60,492 bases of DNA from an uncultured Draconibacterium sp. GTDB taxonomy: Bacteria; Bacteroidota; Bacteroidia; Bacteroidales; FEN-979. The stretch lies in NCBI GenBank assembly GCA_964387205.1, contig CAYLVY010000005.1, positions 1 through 60,492 of the forward strand, read 5' to 3'. The notes beneath the pieces were generated by a model. The model did not search any database and was not told where the DNA came from. It saw only the letters and a program-made list of their open reading frames with translations. How positions within the stretch are numbered: position 1 is the stretch's first letter; the number at the start of each line of letters is the position of its first letter. Shown one piece after another: positions 1 through 8,774 of the stretch. A program made the position numbers and the translations under genes.

Positions 1-2948
1 ATGGACATTCCAAAAATGGCAATGCCGAAAAGTACACCGATGACACTGAATATCACTTCACTGAGTATAATGAAAGATTTACTGACCGATCCGAACTGGG
101 TGATCAGTATGAAGAAGATCATGCCAATGGCCACCATCATGGCCTGAATCAGGAACTGCATCGTTTCGGCCTGGTCTTCCTGTTCCCCGGTAAGTTGGAT
201 ATCAATCCCCATCGGAGCCTTGAATCCCGGAATCGATTTTTTGATCCTTGTTACAACCTGATTGGCGGTATACCCCGAAAGTACTTCCGAAGTGAGGGTG
301 ATTACCCGCTTCAGGTTTTTTCGTTTGATACCACCGTAGGTATCTTTGTACTGAATGGTTGCTACGGAAGATATCGGTATTTGCCGGAGCTGCCCCGAAT
401 TCATATCCCGGTATGTGATCCTGGTGTTGATGATCTTGTTGATGTTGGAGCGTTCTTTCTCGTCGAAACGGAGTTGGATAGGGTATTCGTCTTCATCTTC
501 CTTGTATTTGGAGATCTCTTTACCGTAAATCGCGGTACGCAGTTCGGTGCCGATCTGTCCGAGAGACAACCCTTCGCGATTGGCGCGCTGCCGGTCGATA
601 TTCACAATGATCTCCGGCTTATTGTTTTCAAAGTCGGACTTCAGTTGCTCGATCCCCGGGATTTGCAGTGAATCGAGGTAAGCGTTGAACTGTTGCGAAG
701 TCACGATGAGTTCTTCGAGATTTTCGCCGGTGATCTCGATGTTGATCGGCTTGCCGGTAGGAGGCCCCATTTTGTTTTTTTCCACTGTGATGGTTGCTCC
801 GGGGATATTCCTGATCTTCTCCCGGATTTCATCCATAATAGCTTGTGTAGAAACCCCCTGGCGATATTTATATTCCACGAAGTTGATGGTGACCTTTCCC
901 TTGTTGGGCGATACCGAGGCGTCAAACATGTTGTCACTGGCGTTGAAGCCCACATTGGCAATCACCGACTCCACGAGGGGATTTTCTTTGCCAAGAAATT
1001 CATGGATGCGGTTTTCTACCATATAGGTCACGGAATCAGTCACCTTTTGGTCTGTTCCTTCCGGCATTTTTATGAAGACGTTGATATATCCCGGATTATT
1101 GTTCGGGAAAAAAAGGACGGCCGGTTTAGTGATGGCGGTTACCATGAAACTTGCAAAGAGAAGGAAAACGACAAATCCCAGGAGATACCATGGGTTTTTC
1201 CCTTTCAGGGCAAATACCAGCGAATATTCATAAAGTCGGAGCAGGGATGGCCAGACGGTTTCCTGAAATCCCCTGATCGCTTTTTTCAAAACCAGCCAGT
1301 AGAGCAGGTATAGGATTACCATCAGGGCCAGGGCATTTCCAAGGGCAAAACTACCGGTGAGATAGGCGATCATCGCCAGGGTACCGAGGATGATCGTGGT
1401 TTTGATCATACGCCTTTTGTTGAGCCGGGTTTCGGGTTCGTCATATTCATGTTTCATGAATGAGACGGCAAAGACCGGATTGATTATGTAGGCGACGAAC
1501 AGGGAGGCGAAGAGGGTCAGGATAAGGGTAACGGGCAGGTAATACATGAATTTTCCCACGATTCCCGGCCAGAAAGCCAGCGGAAAGAAGGGCGCCAGCG
1601 TGGTCAGGGTTCCCGACAATATCGGCAGAAATACCTCCCCGGCTGCATGTTTGGCAGCCTTGACAATATCGGGTTCGTGCCGGTGAAGCCGGTGGGTATT
1701 TTCAATGACCACGATGGCATCGTCCACTATAATTCCCAAAGCGAAGATAAAACCAAACATTACGATCATGTTCATCGTGAAGCCAAGGTTGGGCATCACC
1801 AGGTAGGCTACGAACATCGAAAGCGGAACCGAAAGGGCGACAAAGAAAGCGTTGGTGAATCCCATGAAAAACATCAGCACAATGACCACCAGGATAAACC
1901 CGATCACGATCGTGTTGTTGAGTTCTTCCAGGGTGCTTTTGGTAAAGCGTGACTGGTCGCCTGTAATATTTACCTCCAGGTCGGGCGGATATTGGCTCTT
2001 TTGCAGCTTCTGCATGATCGTCTTGATCGATTCGGAGGCATGGAGCAGGTTTTCACCGCTTTTTTTAATGATGTTAAGGGTCACCACATTTTTTCCGTTC
2101 AGGCGGGCAAAACTCTCTTTTTCTTTGAAAGAGTCTGAAATGGTGGCAATATCCTGGATGCTCACCATGGCGCCGCTGGATGATTTCAGGGTGATGGTCC
2201 TGATCTGTTCCGGCGAAGTAAACTGTCCGGCCAGCCGGATAGTATATTTGGTGCCGAAGAGCGTGATGGTACCGGCGGAAATGATTACGTTTTCAGCGGC
2301 AACTGCCGATTCGATATCACGGAAAGAGACACCGGCTGCCTGCATTTTATACATATCCACATCGATATGGATCTCCCGTTCCAGTGCCCCGACAATGTCG
2401 ACCCGGGTAATCTCTTTCAGTGTCTCGATCCTGTCCTGCGCCAATTCGGCGTATTTTTTCAGTCGCTGCAGGTCGTAATCCCCGGCCAGGTTGATATTCA
2501 TGATCGGAAACTCGGCAATATCGATCTCTTTGATAGTGGGTTCATCGGGAAGATTATTCGGAAGTTGGGACCGCGCCTTGTCAAGGGCATCCCTGACCCG
2601 TTGCTTTGCTTCGGACACCTCGATACCAGGGTTGAATTCCACGGCAATGGAAGAAAAATCCTGGATGGAGTTACTGGTGATCTTTTTAACGTCGGCCAGG
2701 GATTTACACTCCTTTTCAATTGGCCGGCTGACCAGGTTTTCCATGTCTTCCGGAGAGGTGCCGGGATAAATGGTATTGATCACGATGGTGGGGATCACCA
2801 CCTCCGGAAATTGTTCTTTCGGCAGGTTAAAATAGGAGAGAAGGCCCAGCGAAGTGATGATAATCGTGAGGACATAAATGCTGGACTTATTGTCGATCGC
2901 CCAACTGGTCGCAAAGAACTCTTTGATCTTATCGGGAATGTGTTTCAT
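1..2948 (-). CDS. RND (AcrB/HAE1-type) efflux transporter permease, C-terminus cut by window edge
   Basis: Not in the ORF track because it is open at the window edge. My minus-strand translation from the ATG (complement of 2946-2948) gives MKHIPDKIKEFFATSWAIDNKSSIYVL... and stays open to position 1 (about 980 codons). It shows the alternating TM bundles and large loops of RND pumps. It starts 12 nt after the adaptor gene stop. The plus-strand ORFs here are antisense shadows. Confidence 0.85.
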   Translation of the reverse strand, partial: MKHIPDKIKEFFATSWAIDNKSSIYVLTIIITSLGLLSYFNLPKEQFPEVVIPTIVINTIYPGTSPEDMENLVSRPIEKECKSLADVKKITSNSIQDFSSIAVEFNPGIEVSEAKQRVRDALDKARSQLPNNLPDEPTIKEIDIAEFPIMNINLAGDYDLQRLKKYAELAQDRIETLKEITRVDIVGALEREIHIDVDMYKMQAAGVSFRDIESAVAAENVIISAGTITLFGTKYTIRLAGQFTSPEQIRTITLKSSSGAMVSIQDIATISDSFKEKESFARLNGKNVVTLNIIKKSGENLLHASESIKTIMQKLQKSQYPPDLEVNITGDQSRFTKSTLEELNNTIVIGFILVVIVLMFFMGFTNAFFVALSVPLSMFVAYLVMPNLGFTMNMIVMFGFIFALGIIVDDAIVVIENTHRLHRHEPDIVKAAKHAAGEVFLPILSGTLTTLAPFFPLAFWPGIVGKFMYYLPVTLILTLFASLFVAYIINPVFAVSFMKHEYDEPETRLNKRRMIKTTIILGTLAMIAYLTGSFALGNALALMVILYLLYWLVLKKAIRGFQETVWPSLLRLYEYSLVFALKGKNPWYLLGFVVFLLFASFMVTAITKPAVLFFPNNNPGYINVFIKMPEGTDQKVTDSVTYMVENRIHEFLGKENPLVESVIANVGFNASDNMFDASVSPNKGKVTINFVEYKYRQGVSTQAIMDEIREKIRNIPGATITVEKNKMGPPTGKPINIEITGENLEELIVTSQQFNAYLDSLQIPGIEQLKSDFENNKPEIIVNIDRQRANREGLSLGQIGTELRTAIYGKEISKYKEDEDEYPIQLRFDEKERSNINKIINTRITYRDMNSGQLRQIPISSVATIQYKDTYGGIKRKNLKRVITLTSEVLSGYTANQVVTRIKKSIPGFKAPMGIDIQLTGEQEDQAETMQFLIQAMMVAIGMIFFILITQFGSVSKSFIILSEVIFSVIGVLFGIAIFGMS

Positions 2949-2960
2949 GGGAGAGGGTCG

Positions 2961-4076
2961 TTAAAATTCAATCAGTTGCCCGTCATACAGATCCTTGTAT
3001 CCGGCGGTGATGATCATCTCCCCGGCATCCACTCCCCCGGAGATCTCTGTCAGACCATTAAAAGTAATTCCGGGAGTAACGCTTTTTTTTCTGGCAATTT
3101 TCCGCCCGTTTTCCTCCCGCGCAACAAAAACGAAACTTCCCTCCTGAGGAGAAACCTGGATCAGGTCCCTGGGGATGGCAATGGCTGCGGGATTGGTGTA
3201 ATCCTTTATCCGCAACACGGCGATCATATTGGCCCTGAGGGTGAAACCCGGTGAGGGGAGGGCCACTTCCACCAGGAATGTACGGTTGGTGGGGTTGATG
3301 TATTTGCTTGCAAAGGTCACCTTCTCGGTCAACTCCTCGTTGAAATCGGGCAGAAATATCTTCACGACATCGCCCGGCTTTATCTTGGCAGAATAGGCCT
3401 CCCCCACGTCGGCAAGTGCTTTGGCCCTGGCAAAGTTCACGATCCGGAACGCAGGTACCGGTGAGGCGGAGGAGGCCATCTGACCTACTTTGATCGGGAT
3501 CTCTTCAATGGTCCCGGTGATCGGAGCTGTGATCACCGACATCCGGATCTGATCCTCCAGGGTGGCAATACCATATTCCACCGACTCCATGTCGTTTTTT
3601 GCCTTCAGGAACTGCATCTCCGATCCGATTTTCTGATCCCAAAGCGTTTTCTGACGTTGATATATATCAGTCACAAAAGCCAGTTTGTTTTTCAGGTCCT
3701 GCAGTTGCTGTTTCAACACTTCAGCGTCCAGTTCTGCCAATACCTGTCCTGCGGTGACATGTTCGCCTTCATGGACCAGCAGGCGGGTCACCACGCCACC
3801 CTGATTTCGGGGGCTGACGGCAATATTCTCATTTCCGTCGATACGCCCCTGAACTTCAATGTAGTGCTCAAAAAGTTGACGTTCCACCGGCGCTACCCTG
3901 ACGTAAGTGCCTGTCACTTTATCTCCGGTGAGTTCCTTCTCCAATCTCTGTATCTCTTCCGTGAGCTTATCCCTCTCTTTTTTCAGCCGGCTTAGCCGGG
4001 CTGCATTATCGCCTTCACCCGTCCCGCAACCAGTTATCAGGGCAATTAAGGAGATAATCAAAATTAAATTCTTCAT
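2961..4076 (-). CDS. efflux RND transporter periplasmic adaptor (membrane fusion protein)
   Basis: 371-aa ORF with a lipoprotein signal (LIALITGC). It has a coiled-coil hairpin and the lipoyl/beta-barrel pattern typical of HlyD/AcrA adaptors, and sits directly upstream of the RND permease. Confidence 0.9.
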   Translation of the reverse strand: MKNLILIISLIALITGCGTGEGDNAARLSRLKKERDKLTEEIQRLEKELTGDKVTGTYVRVAPVERQLFEHYIEVQGRIDGNENIAVSPRNQGGVVTRLLVHEGEHVTAGQVLAELDAEVLKQQLQDLKNKLAFVTDIYQRQKTLWDQKIGSEMQFLKAKNDMESVEYGIATLEDQIRMSVITAPITGTIEEIPIKVGQMASSASPVPAFRIVNFARAKALADVGEAYSAKIKPGDVVKIFLPDFNEELTEKVTFASKYINPTNRTFLVEVALPSPGFTLRANMIAVLRIKDYTNPAAIAIPRDLIQVSPQEGSFVFVAREENGRKIARKKSVTPGITFNGLTEISGGVDAGEMIITAGYKDLYDGQLIEF

Positions 4077-4120
4077 AATAAGTACATTATCTTATTTCAA
4101 CTTATATAATATCAGTGCGG

Positions 4121-4128
4121 CAAAGATA
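4121..4128 (-). promoter_or_regulatory. candidate -7 promoter box (TATCTTTG) for the efflux operon
   Basis: Plus-strand CAAAGATA equals minus-strand TATCTTTG, matching the Bacteroidota primary-sigma -7 consensus TAnnTTTG. It lies 44 nt upstream of the adaptor ATG (4076). Confidence 0.4.
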
Positions 4129-4146
4129 GAGATTTTGCCGGCTGAT

Positions 4147-4170
4147 AAACTATTTTACTTAAAATCGTTT
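4147..4170. promoter_or_regulatory. imperfect 24-bp palindrome, candidate TetR operator
   Basis: AAACTATTTTA-CT-TAAAATCGTTT. The arms match 10/11 as an inverted repeat. It lies between the divergent efflux and tetR -7 boxes. Confidence 0.4.
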
Positions 4171-4186
4171 CCATAAAACTTTTGCC

Positions 4187-4194
4187 TATTTTTG
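4187..4194 (+). promoter_or_regulatory. candidate -7 promoter box (TATTTTTG) for tetR
   Basis: Matches TAnnTTTG and ends only 4 nt before the tetR ATG (4199). This would imply a leaderless or near-leaderless transcript. Confidence 0.3.
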
Positions 4195-4198
4195 TAAA

Positions 4199-4819
4199 AT
4201 GGAAGCCAGAAAGTTGAAGATCGTTCCGAAGGTCAGAAGTCTATATTACCGTTATGGCATCAGGAGCGTTACCATGGATGAGGTGGCGGGGATTCTGGGT
4301 ATATCCAAGAAAACCCTCTATGAGCATTTCCGTAACAAACAGGAGTTGGTGAGAGAGGTTCTGGCAGAGGATTACAGGCAATCGCTGGAATTCACGGAGG
4401 ATATCCGAAACCGGCACTTCAATGCCATTGAGGAGATGTTCGAGATGTACAGAATGATTCACGGAATTCTTAAGGAGTACAATCCTGCCATGGTCTATGA
4501 CGTCCGGAAATATTACCCATTACTCTACTTGGAAGTTAAGACCCAGAGAAGAAAGCTGATGTATGATGCTACCCTGGAAAACATAAAAAAGGGAAAGCAT
4601 GAAGGATTATACCGAAGTGACCTTGACGAGGCAGTTATTTCAAAATTTCACCTGGCGAGGTATGAGAGCCTTTTTGAAAGCGACCTCTTCACTCCGGAAG
4701 ATACCTCTTCCTTTCCCATGTTCCATGAAGCCTTTGTTTATCACATATATGGAATGGTCAGCGAAAAAGGACGGGTGTTTTTTGAAATGAATTTCAAAAA
4801 GTTTCGTTCCAGTTTCTGA
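4199..4819 (+). CDS. TetR/AcrR family transcriptional regulator
   Basis: 206 aa with an N-terminal TetR HTH (YGIRSVTMDEVAGILGISKKTLYEHFRNKQELV). It is divergent from the RND efflux genes. Confidence 0.9.
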   Translation: MEARKLKIVPKVRSLYYRYGIRSVTMDEVAGILGISKKTLYEHFRNKQELVREVLAEDYRQSLEFTEDIRNRHFNAIEEMFEMYRMIHGILKEYNPAMVYDVRKYYPLLYLEVKTQRRKLMYDATLENIKKGKHEGLYRSDLDEAVISKFHLARYESLFESDLFTPEDTSSFPMFHEAFVYHIYGMVSEKGRVFFEMNFKKFRSSF

Positions 4820-4878
4820 TTTTATGATTTCAGGCAACCAATTTTTCAGTTTTACGTCTTTACTTTGCAAGATATCGG

Positions 4879-5451
4879 ATGCTCGTCGACGAGTCCATAA
4901 TTGAGGGGTGCATTGCCGGCGAACGGAATGCTCAGAACGCCCTCTATCGCAGGTATGCTCCGGTAATGATGGCGATTTGCCTGCGGTATGCGCGGACTCA
5001 GGATGAAGCCGAAGATATTTTATCAGAGGCATTCATGAAGATCTTTGCCCATATCGGCAGTTACAGAAGTGAAGGTTCATTTGAGGGATGGATGAAAAGG
5101 GTCATGATCAATCATGCACTCAACTATTTCCGGAAGAACCGTAAAAACCCGTTTCTGGAGGATATTGATCATGTGGATGAGACCGAGATCATTCAAAACC
5201 AGCCCCGGAGTGCTGACCATGCACCCGTATCGGCGGAAATACTGACCTCGCTGATCCGTCGTCTTCCTCCGGGATACAGAATGGTCTTCAACCTGTATGT
5301 GTTTGAAGAATACAGCCATAAAGAGATCGCCGCCATGCTTCAGATTACGGAGAGCACTTCCAAAACACAACTGCTGAAAGCGCGTAAACTGCTCCGCAAA
5401 CAACTTATCGAAATGAAATTGATAACCGAATCCTACGGTCAACATGAATGA
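4879..5451 (+). CDS. RNA polymerase sigma-70 family ECF sigma factor
   Basis: 190 aa. Region 2 (ALYRRYAPVMMAICLRYARTQDEAEDILSEAFMKIF...WMKRVMINHALNYFRK) and region 4 HTH (YSHKEIAAMLQITESTSKTQLLKARKLLRK) are both present. Confidence 0.9.
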   Translation: MLVDESIIEGCIAGERNAQNALYRRYAPVMMAICLRYARTQDEAEDILSEAFMKIFAHIGSYRSEGSFEGWMKRVMINHALNYFRKNRKNPFLEDIDHVDETEIIQNQPRSADHAPVSAEILTSLIRRLPPGYRMVFNLYVFEEYSHKEIAAMLQITESTSKTQLLKARKLLRKQLIEMKLITESYGQHE

Positions 5452-6781
5452 CCCTCGTAAAAATACCGCACAACAGGAAGATCAGGTCGATGAACTCTTC
5501 CGGAATGCCCTGGCCCGACATACCACCGAGCCACCGCCCCGGGTCTGGAGCGGCATCCGCCGGAAGTTGCTGTTCAGGGAATTACTCCGCTTCAATTTTA
5601 CCAATTTCACCTATCACCATTGGTTCTACCTTTCCATACCGGCAGTTTTGCTGCTGGCCGGCCTTTTTCTCATTCCTGCGGAGGAACAGACCTCCCTGCC
5701 CCCTGAAAAGCAGCAACCTTTGCAGGGTGCCGAAACTCCATCCGTTCCTTCTGCATCCCCGGTTACCGGGAATACCCCTGACCTGAATACGGAAACCGGG
5801 ACAGAGGGTATCGGGGAGATCCCCGCCGCCCATGCCCATATCCCCTCAAAACCGGCGCCAACTCATTCTTCCATCCTTATCGCCAAAGATCCGGACCACC
5901 CGGCAGAATCCGGGCTGACGACCCGTCTTACCCCTGCAGGTCTGTCGTTTCTGAAGCCGCTGGAAACCTCGCTGCTCCGCAACCTGTTCCCTCCCGATAC
6001 GTTTCTGATCATCAAAACGGTCAGAGGAGAAGAGAAATTCCGGATAGATAAATCAGACCGTATGCGCAGTATGGTCACCGGACAACTTGGAGTGCTGCCC
6101 GAACTTGCTTTCTATGAGGAAGGGGAAAAGTACAACAAAATGAACTATTGGCTGCATGGCGGGATAGATTGGCACCTCTCCTCCTTTTCTATCGGAACGG
6201 CACTGGAACTTGGTTATATGTACGATCAGGGCAAGTACCGGGTAGATTATAAAAGCCGCGATAGTGTGGGGTTCTACACCGTGGTGGTCTCCTTCGCGGC
6301 CGGCCCGGATAACGAAGTGGTCTACCAGACCCAGATGATCACATTATACGACAGCATCCTTCACCGCGATGACCCGCGGGCCAACAACCGTTATACCTAT
6401 CTCCGCATACCGGTTTTACTGGGCTACAAGATATTTGAAAACAACCGTTTCAGCCTGACATTCAGGGCCGGTCCCGCCCTGACCCTCCTGCTGGGTACCA
6501 AAAAAGGCGAACCGGTGATCGAATATGCCAATGCAAGGATCATCCGGATCGATGAGGAGACTCCCGCCAGGATGAAGACCAACTGGCAAATCTGGGCAGA
6601 TCTCATGCTGGAAATGAGGATCAATGAAAAATTCAGCCTCTACCTCGAACCTTCCTGGAAATATTTCTTCCGGCCAACCGCTGATCAGGAAAATGTCCAC
6701 TCCAAACCACCCTGGAGCCTTGGTGTCGGACTGGGTGTGCAGTTTAACTTTAAACTAAACAACAGAAATCGAATAAGGTGA
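5444..6781 (+). CDS. anti-sigma-like single-pass membrane protein with C-terminal putative beta-barrel domain (function unknown)
   Basis: The ATG overlaps the sigma stop (ATGAATGA, 5444-5451). The protein has a charged N-terminal segment of about 45 aa and one hydrophobic helix (WFYLSIPAVLLLAGLFLIP). A P/S/T/E-rich linker of about 110 aa follows, then about 270 aa of alternating-hydrophobic strand pattern ending ...WSLGVGLGVQFNF. I did not recognise a family by eye. Confidence 0.55.
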   Translation: MNDPRKNTAQQEDQVDELFRNALARHTTEPPPRVWSGIRRKLLFRELLRFNFTNFTYHHWFYLSIPAVLLLAGLFLIPAEEQTSLPPEKQQPLQGAETPSVPSASPVTGNTPDLNTETGTEGIGEIPAAHAHIPSKPAPTHSSILIAKDPDHPAESGLTTRLTPAGLSFLKPLETSLLRNLFPPDTFLIIKTVRGEEKFRIDKSDRMRSMVTGQLGVLPELAFYEEGEKYNKMNYWLHGGIDWHLSSFSIGTALELGYMYDQGKYRVDYKSRDSVGFYTVVVSFAAGPDNEVVYQTQMITLYDSILHRDDPRANNRYTYLRIPVLLGYKIFENNRFSLTFRAGPALTLLLGTKKGEPVIEYANARIIRIDEETPARMKTNWQIWADLMLEMRINEKFSLYLEPSWKYFFRPTADQENVHSKPPWSLGVGLGVQFNFKLNNRNRIR

Positions 6782-8289
6782 TCAGATTTATTCTAATAAT
6801 GATAATTCCGCTGCTTCCGCTGGTGGTGCGCCCGCAAACAAACCCAGGTAATTCGGATGATTGCGATGCGCGGTTCACGGTGGCCCCGGATCTGCAGAAT
6901 CCAATGCTGATACGTTTCCAGGATCAATCGGCAGGAGACGTTACCATGTGGCAATGGAATTTTGGCGACGGGTCAACTTCCGTCCTTCAGCATCCTGAAC
7001 ATGCCTACGCTGCTGCCGGTAACTATTTTGTATGCCTGACCGTTTCCAACACCAACACCGGCGGTACTTGTCATGATGTGCTTTGCCTTGAGATCAGTGT
7101 AGGGCATAATATTCCCTGACAAGCATTCTTTATAGCCGAACCCGATTCGCTCAGCCCCGAACCCTTTTAATTTCGCTTTACCAGAACCTCAACCCGTTAT
7201 CCAAACCAATGGCACTGGGATTTCGGCGACGGGAGCATCTCAACCGGACAACCGGTGGTTTACCATCAGTTTGCCTCCCCTGCCGATGCCAACGTTTGCT
7301 TAAGGGTGGAAAGGAAAGAAGGAGGGTTGGTAGTTAGCAGTGATTCCGTTTGCCAGACAATAAAAATGCCCCTCTATTATAATCTTGGAGGACATTTATT
7401 TTCCGGCGAAAAGCCGATCAACAACCCGGTTGCAACGGGCGATACCGGTATCGTTTATCTCTACCGGAAGTCAGGTGATCAGATGATCGCCATTGATACC
7501 GCTCAGGCTACCTATCTGGGATATTATATATTTCCTCATCTTCTGAAGGGCTCATACCTGATCAAGACTGCACTGACACCCGGATCTGTGGGTTACAACC
7601 GCTACCTTCCCACCTCATTCCCGGGCTCCGCCACATGGATGGAAGCAACCATACTGCGAATCGGCGACGGGCATGAATATCATGCCCATGTACATCTGAT
7701 TGAAAAGCCGGTGTTGCCTGCCGGCATCGGAATGATCGCCGGCAAGGTAGTGGCAGGTGAACCGGGCGTGGTGCAGACACCGGTCGTTTCTTCAGAGGTG
7801 TTGCTTTTTGATGCCCAGATGAGACCCCTTGATTTTTGCCGATCCGGTTCGGAAGGCGGGTATGTTTTCAGAAACCTGCCATTTGGTGGCTATTATTTAT
7901 TTGTGGACCATCCGGGAAAGTATTCAAGATTTACCTCCGTTTGGCTTGATGAACCCCATCCGCTTGCCGACTCGGTTATCCTGGGTTTATTCGATCATGA
8001 CGTGACAGGCATCGACCGAAGCCGGGATGATTCCAGGGCCGGTTTTATTGTTCATCCGAACCCTGTTACATCTACCTCCTCCCTGTCTTTCCGGCTTATC
8101 GCCAACGCCAAGGTATTCGTGCAGATCCATGATGTCCGGGGGAAACCGGTCTGGGAAACTGCCGCGACATACGATGCGGGTTTCGTCCGGATCGCACTTC
8201 CGGTAACCTTAATGAACCATGGGGTATACATTCTCCGTCTGAATGTTGATGGCGAATGGAGATGGACAGAGAGACTTATCAGGATCTGA
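6778..8289 (+). pseudogene. PKD-repeat T9SS cargo protein interrupted by two in-frame stop codons
   Basis: Two same-frame ORFs (6778-7119 and 7255-8289) are separated only by TGA (7117-7119) and TAA (7168-7170). The stretch between them encodes the start of a second PKD module (WHWDFGDGS, compared with WQWNFGDGS in module 1). Other parts are a signal peptide, a CarboxypepD_reg-like segment and a C-terminal T9SS sorting domain (HPNPVTSTSSLSF...GVYILRLNV...). The GTG start overlaps the upstream stop (GTGA). Confidence 0.65.
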
Positions 8290-8292
8290 AAT

Positions 8293-8742
8293 TTACAGGT
8301 TATCCGAGGCAAACCACTCTGCATAGGAGGTGGCAGTTTCTCTCAACCGCATACTGACCAGCCTTATCCCGTCGGGAAGGGATCGTTTCATTCGTACCAC
8401 GAAATCGGAAAGCATATTTTCACTGGTGGGTTGATAGGGCAACAAAAGGATGTTTTCTGAATGGTTGTACCGTGGTTCGTTATCACCTTCGGTTTTCATG
8501 CCGTTAAGGATCAGCGCATGGTCGAACTGATCGATGATCTCCCTTTTAACGATCCGCTTCAGGTCGCTGAAATCGATGACCATACCCAGTTTGGGGGATT
8601 CAGGGTTGGTCTCTGCGAAGCCGGAAACTGTCACCGAAAGGGTGTAGGAGTGTCCGTGAATGTGCCGGCAGGGCCCGTCATGCCCGTGAAGGGCGTGTGC
8701 TGCCTCGAAGGAGAACTCTTTGGTGACCCTGATCTGCTGCAT
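8293..8742 (-). CDS. queD: 6-carboxy-5,6,7,8-tetrahydropterin synthase (QueD-type COG0720)
   Basis: MQQIRVTKEFSFEAAHAL...GPCRHIHGHSY carries the Cx3HGH motif typical of QueD. I prefer the internal ATG at 8742 over the track start at 8778. Confidence 0.75.
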   Translation of the reverse strand: MQQIRVTKEFSFEAAHALHGHDGPCRHIHGHSYTLSVTVSGFAETNPESPKLGMVIDFSDLKRIVKREIIDQFDHALILNGMKTEGDNEPRYNHSENILLLPYQPTSENMLSDFVVRMKRSLPDGIRLVSMRLRETATSYAEWFASDNL

Positions 8743-8774
8743 ATTGATTTTTAAGGGTGCAAAGGTACAAAAAA

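Noticed and set aside
195-3254. Plus-strand ORFs of 158-295 aa (195-671, 693-1313, 1852-2478, 2367-3254) covering the left end of the window.
   Set aside because: They are low-complexity shadow ORFs antisense to a continuous minus-strand RND permease reading frame (1-2948) and to the adaptor gene. The minus-strand translation has clear RND/MFP character.
7117-7119. An in-frame TGA aligning with a Cys of the sister PKD repeat, considered as possible selenocysteine recoding or stop-codon reassignment.
   Set aside because: A TAA follows 48 nt downstream in the same frame. TGA is used as an ordinary stop by many genes in this window, including tetR, the sigma factor and dxr's upstream neighbour. 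No SECIS-like hairpin was evident. Pseudogenisation or sequencing error is simpler.
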